Positions 42,620 through 58,209 of a DNA stretch of 64,000 bases are shown piece by piece. Position 1 is the first letter of the stretch; every line of letters starts with the position of its first letter. A program made the translations under genes and the position numbers. The notes below the pieces were generated by a model. The model did not search any database. It was not told the DNA's origin and was given only the letters and a program-made list of their open reading frames with translations. This DNA is from Eledone cirrhosa (lineage: Eukaryota). The stretch is taken from contig OZ024741.1 in the NCBI GenBank assembly GCA_964016885.1, positions 117,242,001-117,306,000 of the forward strand. Direction: 5' to 3'.

Positions 42620-43017
42620 GGAGAGATGACCCCTTAGCCTTTGTCAATGCAGAATTCTAGGAGAAGGAAAACTCTGATATAACACCTGCAACCCTGATGG
42701 TATCCAATGATGTTGACTTGTTCTTCTTTTTGGTAAATATCATCTTGGTTAAGAGAGTGTGACTGGCTTTGTGCAGTGCCTTTGTCACTATAAAAGCTTC
42801 ACAGCACAGGCATTGCTTTATATCTGGAGATCTCTCTGCACATGGTACCATGGGCCCTGCACTATGTGTCAATAATGGTCACAAGTGTAGTCTTTGTACC
42901 AGAGTTTTCAAGTCGCTGGCTGGACTAAAAAGTCACATTCGTTCAGCGCATCGGTAGGGGTTCTCCTACATGGATATAAAGTAGTGGCCGTACTCGAAAA
43001 CGAGTTGGCAGCCACCA
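42620..43017 (+). mobile_element. RTE 3' end fragment with C2H2 finger, flanked by (TATG)n
   Basis: [25 protein letters not shown]; short 3' UTR; (TATG)n on both sides. Confidence 0.7.
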
Positions 43018-43183
43018 TGTATGTATGTATGTATGTATGTATGTATGTATGTATGTATGTATATATATATATATATACACACATACATACATGCATACAT
43101 ACATACATACAATAAATTGAGTTTCGATGCATCACTGATTTTTCGTTTTCCATTCTATATATATATGAGAGAAAGAGAGATAC

Positions 43184-43365
<182 letters not shown>

Positions 43366-44365
43366 TATATGTATATATATATTATATACACTATATACAT
43401 ATATGTGTATATACACATATATAATCATATGTTCATACATATATATGTGTGTAAGTATGTATGTATGTATGTATGTATGTATGTATGATATTCTATAATA
43501 TCACATTAATAACGCCTTTAAAATTTCAGTTCTCGATTCAAAGGAAGAACTGTTTACTTATTGGTAACATAAAACTTAACCTATTTTTTTGGCCTTTATT
43601 TTCTGTAATTTACCTTCTATGTAAGTAGAAGTGGTTGATTATTTTCTTAAGAATTTCGAGGTTATCAGACATTGGAAATACAAGGTATGTAGGTTAATAT
43701 TAAGTTGCGCAAACTAAGGATTACCGGATACTAGGAAAGCCCCTAATGATGTAAGATATTTAACTTTCACTTTAACTACAATGAGTTGTTGTAGTATTTG
43801 TTCTTGATGTTATTATTATTATTGCTGGTGCTACTGTTGTTGTTATTTAGCCCCAGCTTAACTTAGCATCTCCACTAGTTATCGTCTCGTCTTTGTATAG
43901 TAAAACAGAGGTTTTAATGCACCATTCTTAATTTAAAGCTGAATGAAGTGTTCTGAGGGAGATTTGGCAGCTATTTCTATGGATATGTATTTCTTTGCCA
44001 TGCAGCACATTGGCCCGTATATTTAGAAGAGTTAAGCCTATAGCTAGAAGTATAAATAACTTACTTAAGAAGAATTGGGAAAATTTTAAATCGATTTGAT
44101 TTCTGGCAAAGGTCTCTGCCAAATTTTTGTCCATTTTTAAGGGATTTTTACCCGATTTTCTCAACGAATATGGTGATCAAGATCAACTATTATTAGCATG
44201 GTCATTTACGTTGGGATGCACATAATTCAAATTTCAACATTTCCCCAATTTTTTTGTTTATACTTCTTTTTCTTGTTCTCTGATCTATTATTTATCGAGA
44301 TCTACTATTATCATGGTTATTTATGTTAGGACGCATACATTTCACTCACACACACACACACACAC

Positions 44366-44449
<84 letters not shown>

Positions 44450-44580
44450 ACACACATTAAAGGCTTAACAGAAGTGCAGAAAATACTTTTAATGTCTACA
44501 CTCAAAGTTTCTTAAGTGTAGAGAACTAAGTTCAATAATAGTCTAACTGATCTTAACTAGTAACATCAATATATGTATAT

Positions 44581-44620
<40 letters not shown>

Positions 44621-44625
44621 GTGTG

Positions 44626-44658
<33 letters not shown>

Positions 44659-45558
44659 TTGTGCATGTGTGTGTGTGTAGTCACACATAGTAGCACCATC
44701 AGCAACAACAACAACAACAACGACAGCAGAACCAGAAACAAAAGTAGACTTTAATTGTCAGTTATCACCAAAGCAAGAAAAGTTGAAAAATCATCTGATT
44801 GAGCTGCAAGTGATTTCCTTGTTTCCGGAACATTTAGGGCCCCCACTCCACATTCAACCCCTGCAAAGAAAGGTCAAATAAGTGACTGTGTATGTGTGTG
44901 ATTGTGTGTGTGATTTAGTGTGTTTGTTTGAGTTTGTGTGTGTGTGTTTGTGTGTGTGATTGTATCTGTTTGTGTGAATGTTCGTGTGAGTTTGTGTGCG
45001 TGTGTATGTGTTTGTGTGTGTGAGTGTGTGTGTGTTTGTGTGAGTTTGTGTGTGTGTGTGTCTGGGATTTTTATGCGTATATATGTGTGTATGTGTGTGT
45101 GTGTATGTATTTGTGTGTGAGTGTGTGTATGTATGTGTGTGCCTGTGTGTGAGGTGTGTGCATGTATGTGTGTATGTGAGTGTGTGTATGTATGTGTGTG
45201 TGTGTCTATGTGTGTGTGTGTGAGTGTGTATATGTGTGTGTGTTGTTAACTGAAATACAAAATAATTGTTTGGGGAATTTTCATTCGATTGTCTTATAAT
45301 GAGTGGTGTAAATGGTTTTTGATGCGCTATTGGAACTAGACGAAAGGATTAACCGACACGAATTGGAAGCGAGTGAAGGAAATAAAAATTAGCAGGTCAG
45401 ACAAAAATCAAAATGGCGTGACCAAACACGGGACAACATGGCAGACATGTTGGTGCCGTGTGAAAGACATGCCGGATGGGGCGGAAATTCAGACGGACTG
45501 GTGCCGTTTCGTGAAAAAACAGATAAAATCAATTCTGATAGGAATTGTATTGTGTAGC

Positions 45559-45600
<42 letters not shown>

Positions 45601-45623
45601 ATATACATATATATATATATACA

Positions 45624-45656
<33 letters not shown>

Positions 45657-45748
45657 ACGTGTGTATGTATATGCATATGTATATATATAGGATGTAAATA
45701 ATTATAAAGATGAATTGTGGTGATTTTCGGATAGATAGCTAGAGAGAC

Positions 45749-45809
<61 letters not shown>

Positions 45810-46026
45810 TATTTCTTTATTTACCATAAAGGCACAAAAAGAAGGGACAAATACAAAGGGGGAGTTTACATACAATCGAGTAAAAAAGGTATAAAATGAA
45901 AATAATCGAAAATAACCTCAAAAGGGAGGGGACGTGATGGGGGTTGCACACACCCCCGAAAAAGTGTGCAATCCTTTGCCCGGGGAGCACATGGAGAAGG
46001 TGCTCCCCTCTCCTTTACTTCTTTAC

Positions 46027-49000
46027 CTACAGGATGGTATACAGAGAAGGCCCATTTACACGAGCCATTCTCGCCACTATCACCCACCTTTCATAAAACT
46101 GCCTGTGGCCAAGCACCTCTCTCTCCATTCTTATCCTTCTTCCGAAGTGATATCGGAAGAAGTAGACCAGACTATGGCCAGAGAGGAAGTTGCCTGACCT
46201 CAGACCTTTCAATCGTGTCCACCAAACAACTTCTTTTAACATGGCTATTACGCACAGAAAAACCGCCTTTGCTTCCTTTGTGAAGAGGGGGGGGGGGCGG
46301 TTTGATTGTCATCACGGACTCGGCGGTCAATTGAATCGACGCCACCCGCGACAGCAGTCGTTCGGCGTAGCCCCACAGATCAGCCACGCCCGGACATTGC
46401 ACCAATGCGTGCGCAACGGTTTCTTCGTGAGGCACGCATCTAGGGCAAATCTTTTTTGAGGGATCCCTGCCCGGGCGCCCGTGTCTGTAGAGCCTCTCTC
46501 GAACGGGTAGAGCCCCTCGGTAGCACTGCCAGGCCAGTGACTTCTGGAAGTTGTCCATTGGTCCTGGGCCGAAAGTCCTACCGAACAGGCTGGCCAGTTC
46601 GTCTTCTTCCATGTCCAGCGACTCTCCAAGGGTGTCATCGCCCCTGCTAGCCACCAGCCCTCTATAGAATGATGAGGTGGATTCTCCACCGATGGCCTGG
46701 CCCGCTTGCCAGAGAGCCCTGAGCGCCTGAGCACACTCAGTGTGCCAGTCTCCCAGTTTTCCGGATCTTTGCTTGACCCAGGACTGTAGCTCGGTGAGCG
46801 AGACGAGTCTCGGAAAGGCTCGTTTCACGAACGGAGCCCACACCGGTTGACTAGTGAGGAATACCTGTAGGTGCCGTAGCCTTAATGCGTGCCTACGCAT
46901 CATCAACCACGGCATCCCCAGCCCCCCTTTCGAAGGTTGTTGGCAGCAGATGGATCTTCTCACCATAGGAGGGCGCTTCTTCCAAAGAAATTGGAAGAGC
47001 ATGCGTTCCATGGTGGTGAGTGTTTCCTTAGAGCAAGGCACGACAGTCAGGCGGTAGTAAGTGACGGACGCTATGTAAATGTTCGCCACCTCCGCCCGGC
47101 CTTTTAGGGACAGCTTACACTTGGCCCATTTCTGGGTTAGTGCAAACACCTTGTTCGTAACCTCGTTCCAGTTCTTTTCCACCTGGAGGTCCGGTCCAAA
47201 CCAGACCCCAAGCAACTTTACCGGGCCCTCCGTCCAGTGTCCGACGACACCGTCGGGAGGCATCGGTCTGCCTCTCCACGTTCCGAGTTGCAGCCCGATG
47301 GATTTTTCCCGGTTCAGTTTCGCTCCTGACAACCTTTCGTAGTCCTCCAGTAAGGTACCGATCGCCTCGATCTCCGAGTCGGTCGATACCATTACTGTTA
47401 CGTCATCGGCGTAGGCCGACACCGCTTTGCTCAATCCTGGTTCCAGGGGGATACCCTGCAACAACTCCAACTTCCTCAGTAAAGGCTCGAGAGTCAATAC
47501 GTACAGAAGGGAGGAGAGAGGGCACCCCTGTCGAATGGATCGTGTGATTTCGAACGGCTTCGAAAGGTAGCCGTTCACCTTGATCCTAGAACAGATGTGG
47601 TTGCTATGTAAGGCAGTGATCCAGCCTCTGAAAACAGGACCGAACCCAGCCGCCGCTAGCACCGCATCCAGGTAACCATGGTCGACCCTATCGAAGGCCT
47701 TAGACTGATCCAAGTTGATCAGGGCCCCACCGAAGCCGGGTTTGTTGCCAACCCTCTCTATGATGTATCGCATGAGGTGGAGGTTATCGTGAATGGACCT
47801 GGATGGGATAGCACATGTCTGCGCATCTCCCACCAGGCCACCCACGACAAGCGCCAACCTCTTTGCTAACACCTTGGCCAAAATCTTTAACTTTGTGTTT
47901 AGCAGGGTTATGGGCCGAAAATGATTTATACTATCTCCCTTGTTCTCGTCCTTCCTCACCAGCGTGACTACGCCCTTGGCTACAGAACAAGGAATTCTCC
48001 CGTTCTGCTGCCAATTGCAGTAGACCGCTTCGAGGAGTTCGGAGAAGAAGACCGGCATTGCTAAATAAAGTTCGTAAGGTATACCATCGACACCTGGAGA
48101 TTTGCGTCTGCTGCATTGGCTCAGCGCATCTCCGATCTCATCAGCCGAGATTGGTCCCTCGCAGGACTCTGCCTCTTCGCTCGAGAGACGCGGCAGGCCG
48201 TCGAGGTATGGACCGAAATCCACGCCCCCGCCCGGACCCTCGCCTCCCCCGAACAATCGGGCAAAGTACCTTTAAAAGGCCTCGCACATCTGCTTAGGCT
48301 CCCGGATCACCCGTCCATCTTCGTCTTGCAACGACCGGATGGTGGATCGATTTCCACTCTTAGCTTCTGTCACGCGGGCCCAGCCAACGGCTTTGGCCCC
48401 CTCATTACCTAGAGCACGTATTTTACTTCGAATGACGCAGCCTTCGTGCTTTGCATCGAAAAACTGGTTCAAGGCCGTCCTCGATGCCAGCACTCTGGCC
48501 ACATCTTCGCTCTTGATTGCCTCTTCTAATTTACCTGTTAATTCTTTCTCGTTTCTATTCCTATCGGCAGCTAACATCTTGCTATAACTTATTGATTCTG
48601 TTCTAATCTCTCTTTTGAGAGATGCCCACCATCGGTTGTTGACGATTGCACCCGTCAACCTCTCCTTAACTAATCTGCTAATCCGGTTTCTGTAAGTCTC
48701 TTTTGCCGGTAAAGACAAATTAAGTTTCCAGTAACCGGGACCCTGTTTATGTGTTTTCTCGAGATTGACTACGCAGGTCACTAATTTGTGATCCGTGTAG
48801 CCAACCGTGCGCATTTCTGGACAGCTTAATATGTCCCTATCCTTACTTCTAACTAAGAATCTATCTAAGTACGATCTAGATTGACCACTGTGGTTTCTCC
48901 AAGTCCAGGTAGGCACAGTTGGAAAATCTAGTCGATATCTATCGACCAAGTTAAAACGGTCGAGTAACCCCTTGAGGCTGTTACACCCCCCTCTATTAGG

Positions 49001-49468
49001 ACATGCTCCTGCATAGTCCCAACGTGCATCTAGGATGTCATTCCAATCCCCCGCTAGAAGCAGGGAACGCGACGTTCCCAGAAAAGTCTCCAAACGCTGG
49101 AAGATGTCGGGCCGTTCAGCTCCGAAAGGGGAGTAGACGGCGACCAGTCTTAAGGCCACACCTTCACTACTGCCAACGTCTAGCACCAACAAACGACCCT
49201 ACGGGTCCGAGTGCACAACCTGTACGGCAAGACCCAGGTGTTTTTGCAGCAGTACGACAACTCCACCCCCACCTCCAGGTTGACAGAGAGATGCATGCAC
49301 CTCAAAGTCATCGAAGGTAGGGGCCAGCTGCCGCACGACGCTGATTCGAGTCTCACAGATAACCATTACATTTATACCACATGACCTGAGGTCATTTAGA
49401 AGCTTTGCTTGCTTCCAAGTTGAGCCCAGGCCACGTGCATTCAAACATCCTACTCTTAACACATCCAT
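46027..49468 (-). pseudogene. ORF2 (APE + RT + C-terminal Cys/His domain), ~1150 aa, 2 in-frame stops and 1 frameshift
   Basis: LNARGL, ICETR, GDWND, SYLDRF, TDHK, PGYWKLN, KSPGVDG, FRPITLLN, DQSKAFDRV, RQGCPLS, AYADD, KLLGV, CPRC..EETVAHALVQC; stops at 49199 and 48272; frameshift in the G-run near 46290. Confidence 0.92.
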
Positions 49469-49501
49469 GTGGGCGGCAGAGCCAAAGTAGAGTGTAGAGA
49501 C

Positions 49502-51441
49502 CTACCTTTCCGCTTCCCGGGGTTCGGGTTGCACGACTTCCATGGGGTCGGGGGTGTTGGGTGAAGAGGTGTCTTGTGGTGGTGTGGGGTCGTCAGTGTG
49601 TGGTGGGGTTGGGGTGTTTGGAGTTGTGTTGGGGAGGGGAAGGGGAGGGGGAAAGCTTTTTAGTAGGACGCGGTTTATGGGTTTGACAGAGGGTGGTCCT
49701 ACGTTCTCCTTAAAATCCTTTTTTAGTTTTTGGTAGAGGTTCATTGGGATCTTTATTAGTTTTAAATGTGGGTAGTTTTCTGAAGAAACAAAGTTTACAC
49801 CTTCGGTTTGTACCGAAGGATTATTGTTTATGAGTTCATTTAATTTATTATTGTTTCTGTTGATGTAAGTATAGGGTAATGTCTTTTTTCGGATGGTGTG
49901 AGTGTTTCGAAGAGGGGAGGGGCAGGTTTAGTTTTGTTTGTTGCTGGAGGGGTGTTTTCTGTTTTGTTGGATTGTGTTGAGATTTGGGTGGGGGTTGTTT
50001 GGCCTTGTGTGTTTTGCACATGTTTTCGTTTTTTCCTTTTAATCTGTCTGAAGGACTCCGTTTCTTCCTCCGAATTCGTTGGGTTATCTTCAGTGTTGGA
50101 GGGAAGAGGTATGTTTGCTGGTAATGTTTCCGTGTTGGTTTTCTTTGTGGGGGAGATGGATGTCACTATGTTAGACTGTGTTGTGTGTTGTGTCTGCGGT
50201 GGTTGTGTTGTTTTATTGAGTGAGGGCTTGGGTGGGCCTGTATTTTGTTTTGGGGTAATGTGTTGTGACTGTTTGTGTTGTGGTGGTGGTGTGGTTTTAC
50301 TGAGGGACGGGTTGGGTGGGACTGAGTTTTGTTGTTTGTTTATCTGTTGTGGTGGTGGTGGTGGAGCTGGTGGTGGTAGCAGGGTTTTCTTTTTGTTGAG
50401 TTGGGGACAAGCGGCCTTCAGGTGCCCTCTGCCTGCACAGATATGACAGGACGGCCTTCTCCCCTCCACGCTAATGTTTATATACCCGTGGCCCTCTAAT
50501 AGGATTCTGTCGGGTATTTGGGCGATGCGTTCAGGCTTCATTTGCACTACCAGCTCTATACCTGTTCCACTGAACGCATTGCCTGTGGTTTTCCCAATGG
50601 AAATCACGTTGTCATTCACTGGATCGATGAAGCCAGCTATGAGCCAGCAGTAGTCCACATCTGGCATCATTGCATCCAGCCATATGCGTTGAGTTCTTTT
50701 ACCCATATAAGATGGATAAAAGGTAACATTTTTCGAACGAATCGGTGACAAAGCACATTTTTTTGCCGCCGATTCGTTCTACATGATAATTGCTAGGCTT
50801 CCATACAGTCTGTCTTTTCTTATGAAAGTGGTTTCATTAAGTACTTCTGTGAGTACTGTTTTGATATCTGCTTGAGAAGGCTGTTCAGGTTTTTTAGAAG
50901 TGTTGTTGATGGTGCGGAACACGACCGTTCGACTTTCAATGTCTTTGGTGAGTTCTTGAGGCATTTTTACCGATAAAATACCATTCTCTCCTTCACTTAT
51001 GTATTGTTTGGCGTCTGTGATTCTTCGTGCCACATCTGAAATATTTTCGGGTATATATGTCAAAGATTTCTTTGTTGTTTGTGCAAATGAAATCTTGACT
51101 CTGTCGTCTGCTTTGCTTTCTGTTATGGTGTTATTTTCAAATGTTATTTTTGTGTTTGTTGTGTCTTTGTTTGTGGTGTTAGTATTGTCATGCAATTTTT
51201 CAAATTTTTTTTTTTCGTTGTTGGAATCCATGTCCAGATTTGTGTTTTCGTCATTTTTCTCCGCAGATTCGTCTGTTTTTATTTTAATTTTTCCTTCCTT
51301 CTCTATGACGTTAGTTGGGAAGGAAGGGGGGACTAAAGCGTGCGAGCTTACAACTCTTACCGCTGTCCCCCCACCACTATTTTCGTTCGCTTCGTTTAAC
51401 ATTTCTGTCAGACGATTGAAAATTTTTTTTTTTTTTGCCAC
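49502..51441 (-). pseudogene. ORF1 (CCHC zinc knuckle), 1 stop and 1 frameshift
   Basis: VEGRRPSCHICAGRGHLKAACP (CX2CX4HX4C); in-frame stop at 50779; frameshift near 49845. Confidence 0.8.
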
Positions 51442-51664
51442 AAAATGTTAAGAAAACAGGTTTTTCACCTCTAGAAGGGGTAAAGATGAGCTGACCCACC
51501 GTCTGACAGTTCAGACGGGGCCTCAAGCTACACAATAGTATCAAAATTAAATTTGAACTCACAAAATTTCCGCAATAAATTTGAACAAAACTTCTGCGCG
51601 AAGTGAATTACATCTACGCTGTAGAATAGACGACAGCTAGATATATAGATAGATAGATAGATAT

Positions 51665-51796
<132 letters not shown>

Positions 51797-52289
51797 TATA
51801 GATAGATAGATATAGTGAAATAAGGAGAAAGCTAGATTGTGATAATGTCTTGTCCCACATAATGCTAGTCGTTTCACATTCTTCTTCTGATCAACAAATA
51901 TATATTTCAAAAGTAATGTAATGTTCTTCAGGTGTCGCTGTTTGAGCAAACTGTTTGATATGATGATGCAAGTGTCTTTAGAATCTATGTTCTACGACTC
52001 ATGTATAGCTTCTTGGCGTGTTATTATTGGAACCACCAGCACATATAGAAATTGTTAGCATTTTACCAAGAGACGTGTATGCAAATTGTAGCTCAATATC
52101 AAAACATTTATGAAAATTTTAGTTCAATATCAAGATCTATATCAACATTTTAGATCAAAATCGACACAAATGTTTGCAAATTTTTGCTGAATATCTGGTA
52201 TTGTCAATTCACCACCCTGTACGTGTACTATACTCCTTCCTTACAGATCTTCATTTCTAATTAAGAAACTATTATATTCAAACACCCAT

Positions 52290-52718
52290 AATTTAGGCAC
52301 AAGGCCAACAATTTCTGGGAATGGAAGAGTCGATTACATCGACACCAGTGCGAGACCGGCACTTTATTTTATTGACCTTGGAAGTATGAAAAACAAAGTT
52401 GACCACGGCGGGATTTGAACTCAAAACAGTACTAAATGCCGCAAAGCGCTTTACCTGTCCCTTTACCGATACTAACAATCTACCACTCTAATTTACATAA
52501 TAAGGATTTCTAACATAGGCACAAGGCCAGAAATTTAGGGGAAGGAGAAAGTCGCCTGCACCCACCTCAGTACTTAACAGATATTTGATTATCGACCTCA
52601 GAAAAGATGAAAGGCAAAGTTGACCTCGGCGTGATTTGAATTCAGAACGTAGAGAGTTGTTACTAAATACCGCAAAGCATTTTGTCCGATGCTCTACCGA
52701 TACTGTTAATCCACCAGA
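52290..52718 (-). mobile_element. Two tandem tRNA-derived SINE copies
   Basis: aggcacaaggcca...aaagttgacc.cggcg.gatttgaa.tca occurs twice. Confidence 0.85.
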
Positions 52719-54457
52719 TCCCACATACAATGTGCCACAAAGAGTTACTTGAAGGCCTTTTTATGCTGTTTTCTTGGTCTGAAGGAGAAATTAAGATACC
52801 AGACTATCTGCTTAATAACTAGTAGAATACGTGGCTGTTTAGGAATTATTTAGTGACTAAGAAAAGAAAATGATTTTCACTACTGTTTTTTATGTCATTG
52901 TTATACGGATGTGGGCAGTGGGTAACATCATATAACGTTTTGCCAAGTTTTGTGGGGGCAGATGGAAGGTTTTGTTGGTGAGCACATAATTAATCGTTGA
53001 TATTTGTTGCTTATTAATGCCTCGTTGTAACACCCTAGGAATGGAACCGATCGCCAGATAGAACCAAGGAACCTATGTTTCCTTAATCCTTCTATTGCTG
53101 ATACTATCTACTGGTTGCAACGCATGGCATAAGATGGCAGAATTTGAACTCAGAAGGAACAGAAGCAGATCAGACACCTTAAATCATCCCGCCTGATTCT
53201 TTAGAATTTCTGCCAATACACTACCCCTGGACTGGTACTTTATTTATTTATTGAACCTGAAAGAATAAGAAGCAATGTTAATATCGTTGAGATTTGAACT
53301 CAGAGCGCAGTGAGCCGGATCAAACACAGAGACATTTAATCCGACACTCCAAACTCCCGTTAAAATAGTTTTATTGGATGCTAGTGTGCTTATCCTAGTG
53401 CTGATGATCTTGGATATATGTTTGATAACATCCACTCATACACTCTCGAGATTATTAATAATGGATTAGCAGAATCGATAGAGCATTGGACAAATGCGGC
53501 TCTTTACTTTCTGAGTTCAAATCCTACTAGAAATATAAAGGGCCCGTTGGACAATGGAGTCCTAGATTTAAATGGAAAAAAAAAGCAGAATGATGTTTAT
53601 TATTGGAACGCCTTTTGTCATAGGCCTGCTCAACCATGGCTGACTTCAGACTAAACATAACATATGAGAATTCTGATGTTCTACAAAATGGTATTTTTCT
53701 CTACTTTTAATCCATATTGATATTCCACAGTAATCCACACTTCTCAATAATCCCCAGTCTTCAATAATCAATATTCCACACTAATTCATATTCCCTATTA
53801 ATCCATACTCTCCATTAATCAATATTAAGAAGAGCAACGCAAATTTCTTTTAGCTTTTATGTCCACCTTTTTCATCTTCTGGTTGCGAGGAACTTATTCA
53901 GGTGAATTTCAAAGAAGCCTTATCTGAATAATAATAATAAAAAAAGAGGAAAACTACGAAAGGTGCACAGCAATGGAAGACAGTGATGCTAATGTAATAA
54001 ATGAGAATGTGGTAAACAGACTCAATTTTACAGACATTCTGTCTACTGTCAAACCTGTTTATTTGTTATTGTTCGTTATTTTTTCTAAATCTAAGTTTGG
54101 CAGATTTCCAAGAAGAATTTCTTTTCCGCCCCCAATCCACTGTAAAGGGTATGAAGTCGGAAATATAATATAATTAACTTATTCCTGTAATTAAATGCTT
54201 AAACCTGCTGTTTGCTTCTCTCATATATATATAGACCGGTAAATAAATAAACGAATTTTCGCGAAATGCAGAACCTCTTTACAACTTATGAATATATTGG
54301 TAAATGATATTTCAAAATATTGTTCTTAAATATTCACGAGGGAGAAAGAATTCTTGCTACGAGATTAGAAATATTGATTTCTCTATCATTGGGACATTTT
54401 GTGGGTGTGAGAGTCAATTCATTCGACTCCAGTATATAAATATATGTGTATGCAAAC

Positions 54458-54499
<42 letters not shown>

Positions 54500-54544
54500 T
54501 TAGATACAGACACATACACACACAAACAGTCACACACACACACG

Positions 54545-54577
<33 letters not shown>

Positions 54578-54725
54578 GCCGGAAATATATTTTATTGACC
54601 CTCGGAGGAATGAAATGCAATGTTAGCTTTGCTAGTACCCATTACCTTCCGTCACAACACGTCTTCATGAATATTTATTTCAAACATACAAATGACTGCG
54701 ATATTTCCAAACACGCACATACAAA

Positions 54726-54827
<102 letters not shown>

Positions 54828-55244
54828 GAGAGAGATATGACGCAACTCAGTAAGACTCGGTTTTTGCTGTTAGTGTTAGCCTATGATTTCTTGATAATAT
54901 CAAAGCTTAGACCTGTCTTCAACCAAGTATAAGAACGCTTAGCTACTGAAAATAAGAAAAATGAGAGAAAAGAAAGAAATTGTTAACATTATCTAAATTG
55001 ACACTTTGTCTTGAACCAAGAGTGGTTCAGATAAACAAAATGTCAATGATTTTTTTCTCGTATGTTTTTTACGTAGCTCTTTAAAATGGCACCATGTTTT
55101 TACTCTGACTTTAGATGGTTCTTATTTCATTTTCTCTTTTATTTTGTTTTCTAGCCTAAGAACAAATAACAAAATTACATAAACAAAACCTAAAACAAAC
55201 ATTTTGACCTAATAAATTATTATTATTATTATTATTATTATTCA

Positions 55245-55956
55245 GCGGAGGAGGGGTGAATTGGCAGAGTCGTTAGAGTGTTTTGCGGTATATGCTCCGG
55301 CTCTCTTCGTTATGATTTTTTTCAAATCCCTTTGAGGTCAACTTCCCCCTTCATCCTTCCGTAAATGTAAAAATTAAGTACCAGCCGCGTACTGGTTTCG
55401 ATATAATCTGTTTTCCTTCCCCAAATTGACATGCCTTGTTCTCATACAGAAATCATTATCATTATTGTTAGAGTCAATAGTTACGTCCCTTTACGCTCTG
55501 AGTTCAAATCCCGCCGAGGTTAACTTTGCTTTTCATCCTTACGGGGTCGATAAAATAAAGTACCAGTAATGTACTGGGTAATTGCTGGCCTTGTGCCAAA
55601 AGTGGAAACAATTATTGTTAGAGTCAAATTGTTAGAGTTTCGATCAAAATGCTTTGTAACATTCCGTTACGACCCTTTATCGTCTTAGTTCCAATCCCTC
55701 TAAGGTCAGCTGTGTCTTTCGTCCTTCCGGGGCCGATAAATAAAATACCAGAAACACACTCGGGTCGACTTTCATCTTCCCTTTAAATTGTTGGCCTTGT
55801 GCCAAAAGTAGAACTGATTATTATTATTCATCAATATTCTGAGTTCAAATCCCGCCGAGGTTAACTTTGCCTTTCATCCTTACGGGGTCGATAAAATAAA
55901 GTACCAGTAATGTACTGAGTAATTGCTGGCCTTGTGCCAATAGTAGAAACAATTAT
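55245..55956 (+). mobile_element. Four tandem or partial tRNA-derived SINE copies following (ATT)n
   Basis: Repeated gagttcaaatcccgccgaggttaactttgc.tttcatccttacggggtcgataaaataaagtaccag. Confidence 0.9.
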
Positions 55957-57322
55957 TATTCACCAATATACATGCTTTATGGACTTAGCATCTCTACCCA
56001 TCCAAATAATCATTTTACGATTAGGGTGCTGGTGGGGGCTATTATCATTATAATCTAGTCCCTTTCAAATGGGAAGGGTTAGTTAAGATTTTAATCCCTA
56101 CAGGAAGTGACGTATGTATTTTTTTACGCGGCCATTATCACTGACATGATCACGAATTAAGTCATCGTACAGTGATTTCAGTACTACAATTAACGAAGTA
56201 ATTTTTCAACAACATATTACTTCTTTTTTATATCTATATATTCACCCTTTTAAACAAACATGTCACGTGTTTCTCGTTAGATAAATTAAATTTATTTTAT
56301 TTTTATTTTATTTTTATTTATTTTATTTTATCTTATTCTTTCTTAGACCGCTCGCTATTAACAGCTACAGAACCATCCTCACTAATATTTTGTGTTGCGT
56401 ATTTGTTGTTGTTGTTGTTGTTATTTTTTATTGTTGTTGATATTGTTGTTATTGTTGTTGGTGTTGTTGTTGTTGTTGTTGTTGCTGTTGTTATTATTAT
56501 TATTATACTTTCTCCTCTTCAGAAGAAAAGAAATAATTTAATTCCCCGAATATATTTTATTACGTCGTTCTCAATTAAGCCTCGTTCTTCTATGTCACTT
56601 ATTTGACATATGCCAACACACAACATACACATGCCTACACATTTCAATACAAACATACAGCACAAAATGAACAAAACATAAGAGAACCATAGAGAAACAT
56701 ACACTCACAGACGTGTTGCATAAAGTTAAATACTTACCTTCTCCAAATAAATTTCATTTCAAAGCAGATTCTTCTTCCTTCCTCTCGTTGCCCCTTTCTT
56801 TCTTTCTGACTTTCTTTCTTTCTGACTTTCTTTCTTTCTGACTTTCCTTCATTCTTTCTGTCTTTCTTTCTTTTTCCTTTCTTCTTTCTTTTTCTTTCTA
56901 ATTTTCTTTCTTTCTTTTTTCTCTTTTCTTTTCTTTCTTTCTTTCCTTTTTTTACTATGTTTATTTATTACAAAGATGTATATAGAAGTGGAAGTGAACA
57001 ACCATTGTCTAGTTACTTTTAATTCTTCACTTGGCGTCATACAATGATTCAATGATATACTTTACATTTTCAAGTTTTACTTGTTTCTACAGTCCGTTCT
57101 TTACAACTCTATAGTAGACATACAAAGAAACAGGAAACTCAACGATATTGAAAAACTAACATAATAATACAACTGAAACATAATGTCGTAAATATTAAAG
57201 CAGTGATAACATATTTAATGTTGAGAGCATAAAAACGTTAACTTTAGAAATATGTATAAGAATGCTTGATAAAAAGTTTGCTCGTTTGTCTTACAACCCA
57301 TCCCTTCACCTTCACACACACA

Positions 57323-57416
<94 letters not shown>

Positions 57417-57533
57417 TGTAAAGAGTTACTGCACGACGGCTTACAGTAACTACACTCTAATTTGCTAAGTATCGAATACTTAGCTGAACAATGGTCTTAC
57501 TAGTCTAAACTGGTAATTCCTAATCTCCCCCTC

Positions 57534-57775
<242 letters not shown>

Positions 57776-58092
57776 GGTTGGACGGAAAGTTTCCACTGCT
57801 TTTTAAAGGGAGGTATTTGGGTAGAGTTTTCTGGAAATGTTGAAGGTTGGTATACACTATGTTCATTTCTCATTTACTGTTACGCTATCAATGGGGAAGC
57901 AACATAGATCTATCCAAATCATTTATTCGGGGCTATTTACTCTATGACTTCAAATCTTGCCTAAGCGCAGCAGCATCGAGTCAATGCATTAACAATGCAT
58001 TTAAGTCACACACCGTGTATGAACGCATTGCAAGGACTGGTTGGCACACTTCCGGGAGCTAGTGGACGCCGAAACACGCCAGACGTCACGTC

Positions 58093-58190
<98 letters not shown>

Positions 58191-58209
58191 TAATATTAAA
58201 ATACAAATA

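Larger units (their letters stand above)
45811..51638 (-). mobile_element. Near full-length Tx1/L1-clade LINE (~5.8 kb) inserted in (GATA)n
   Basis: ORF1 with gag-type knuckle; ORF2 APE-RT-ZF; 3' AATAAA abuts (TATC)n; (GATA)n tracts at ~45730-45810 and ~51638-51812. Confidence 0.92.
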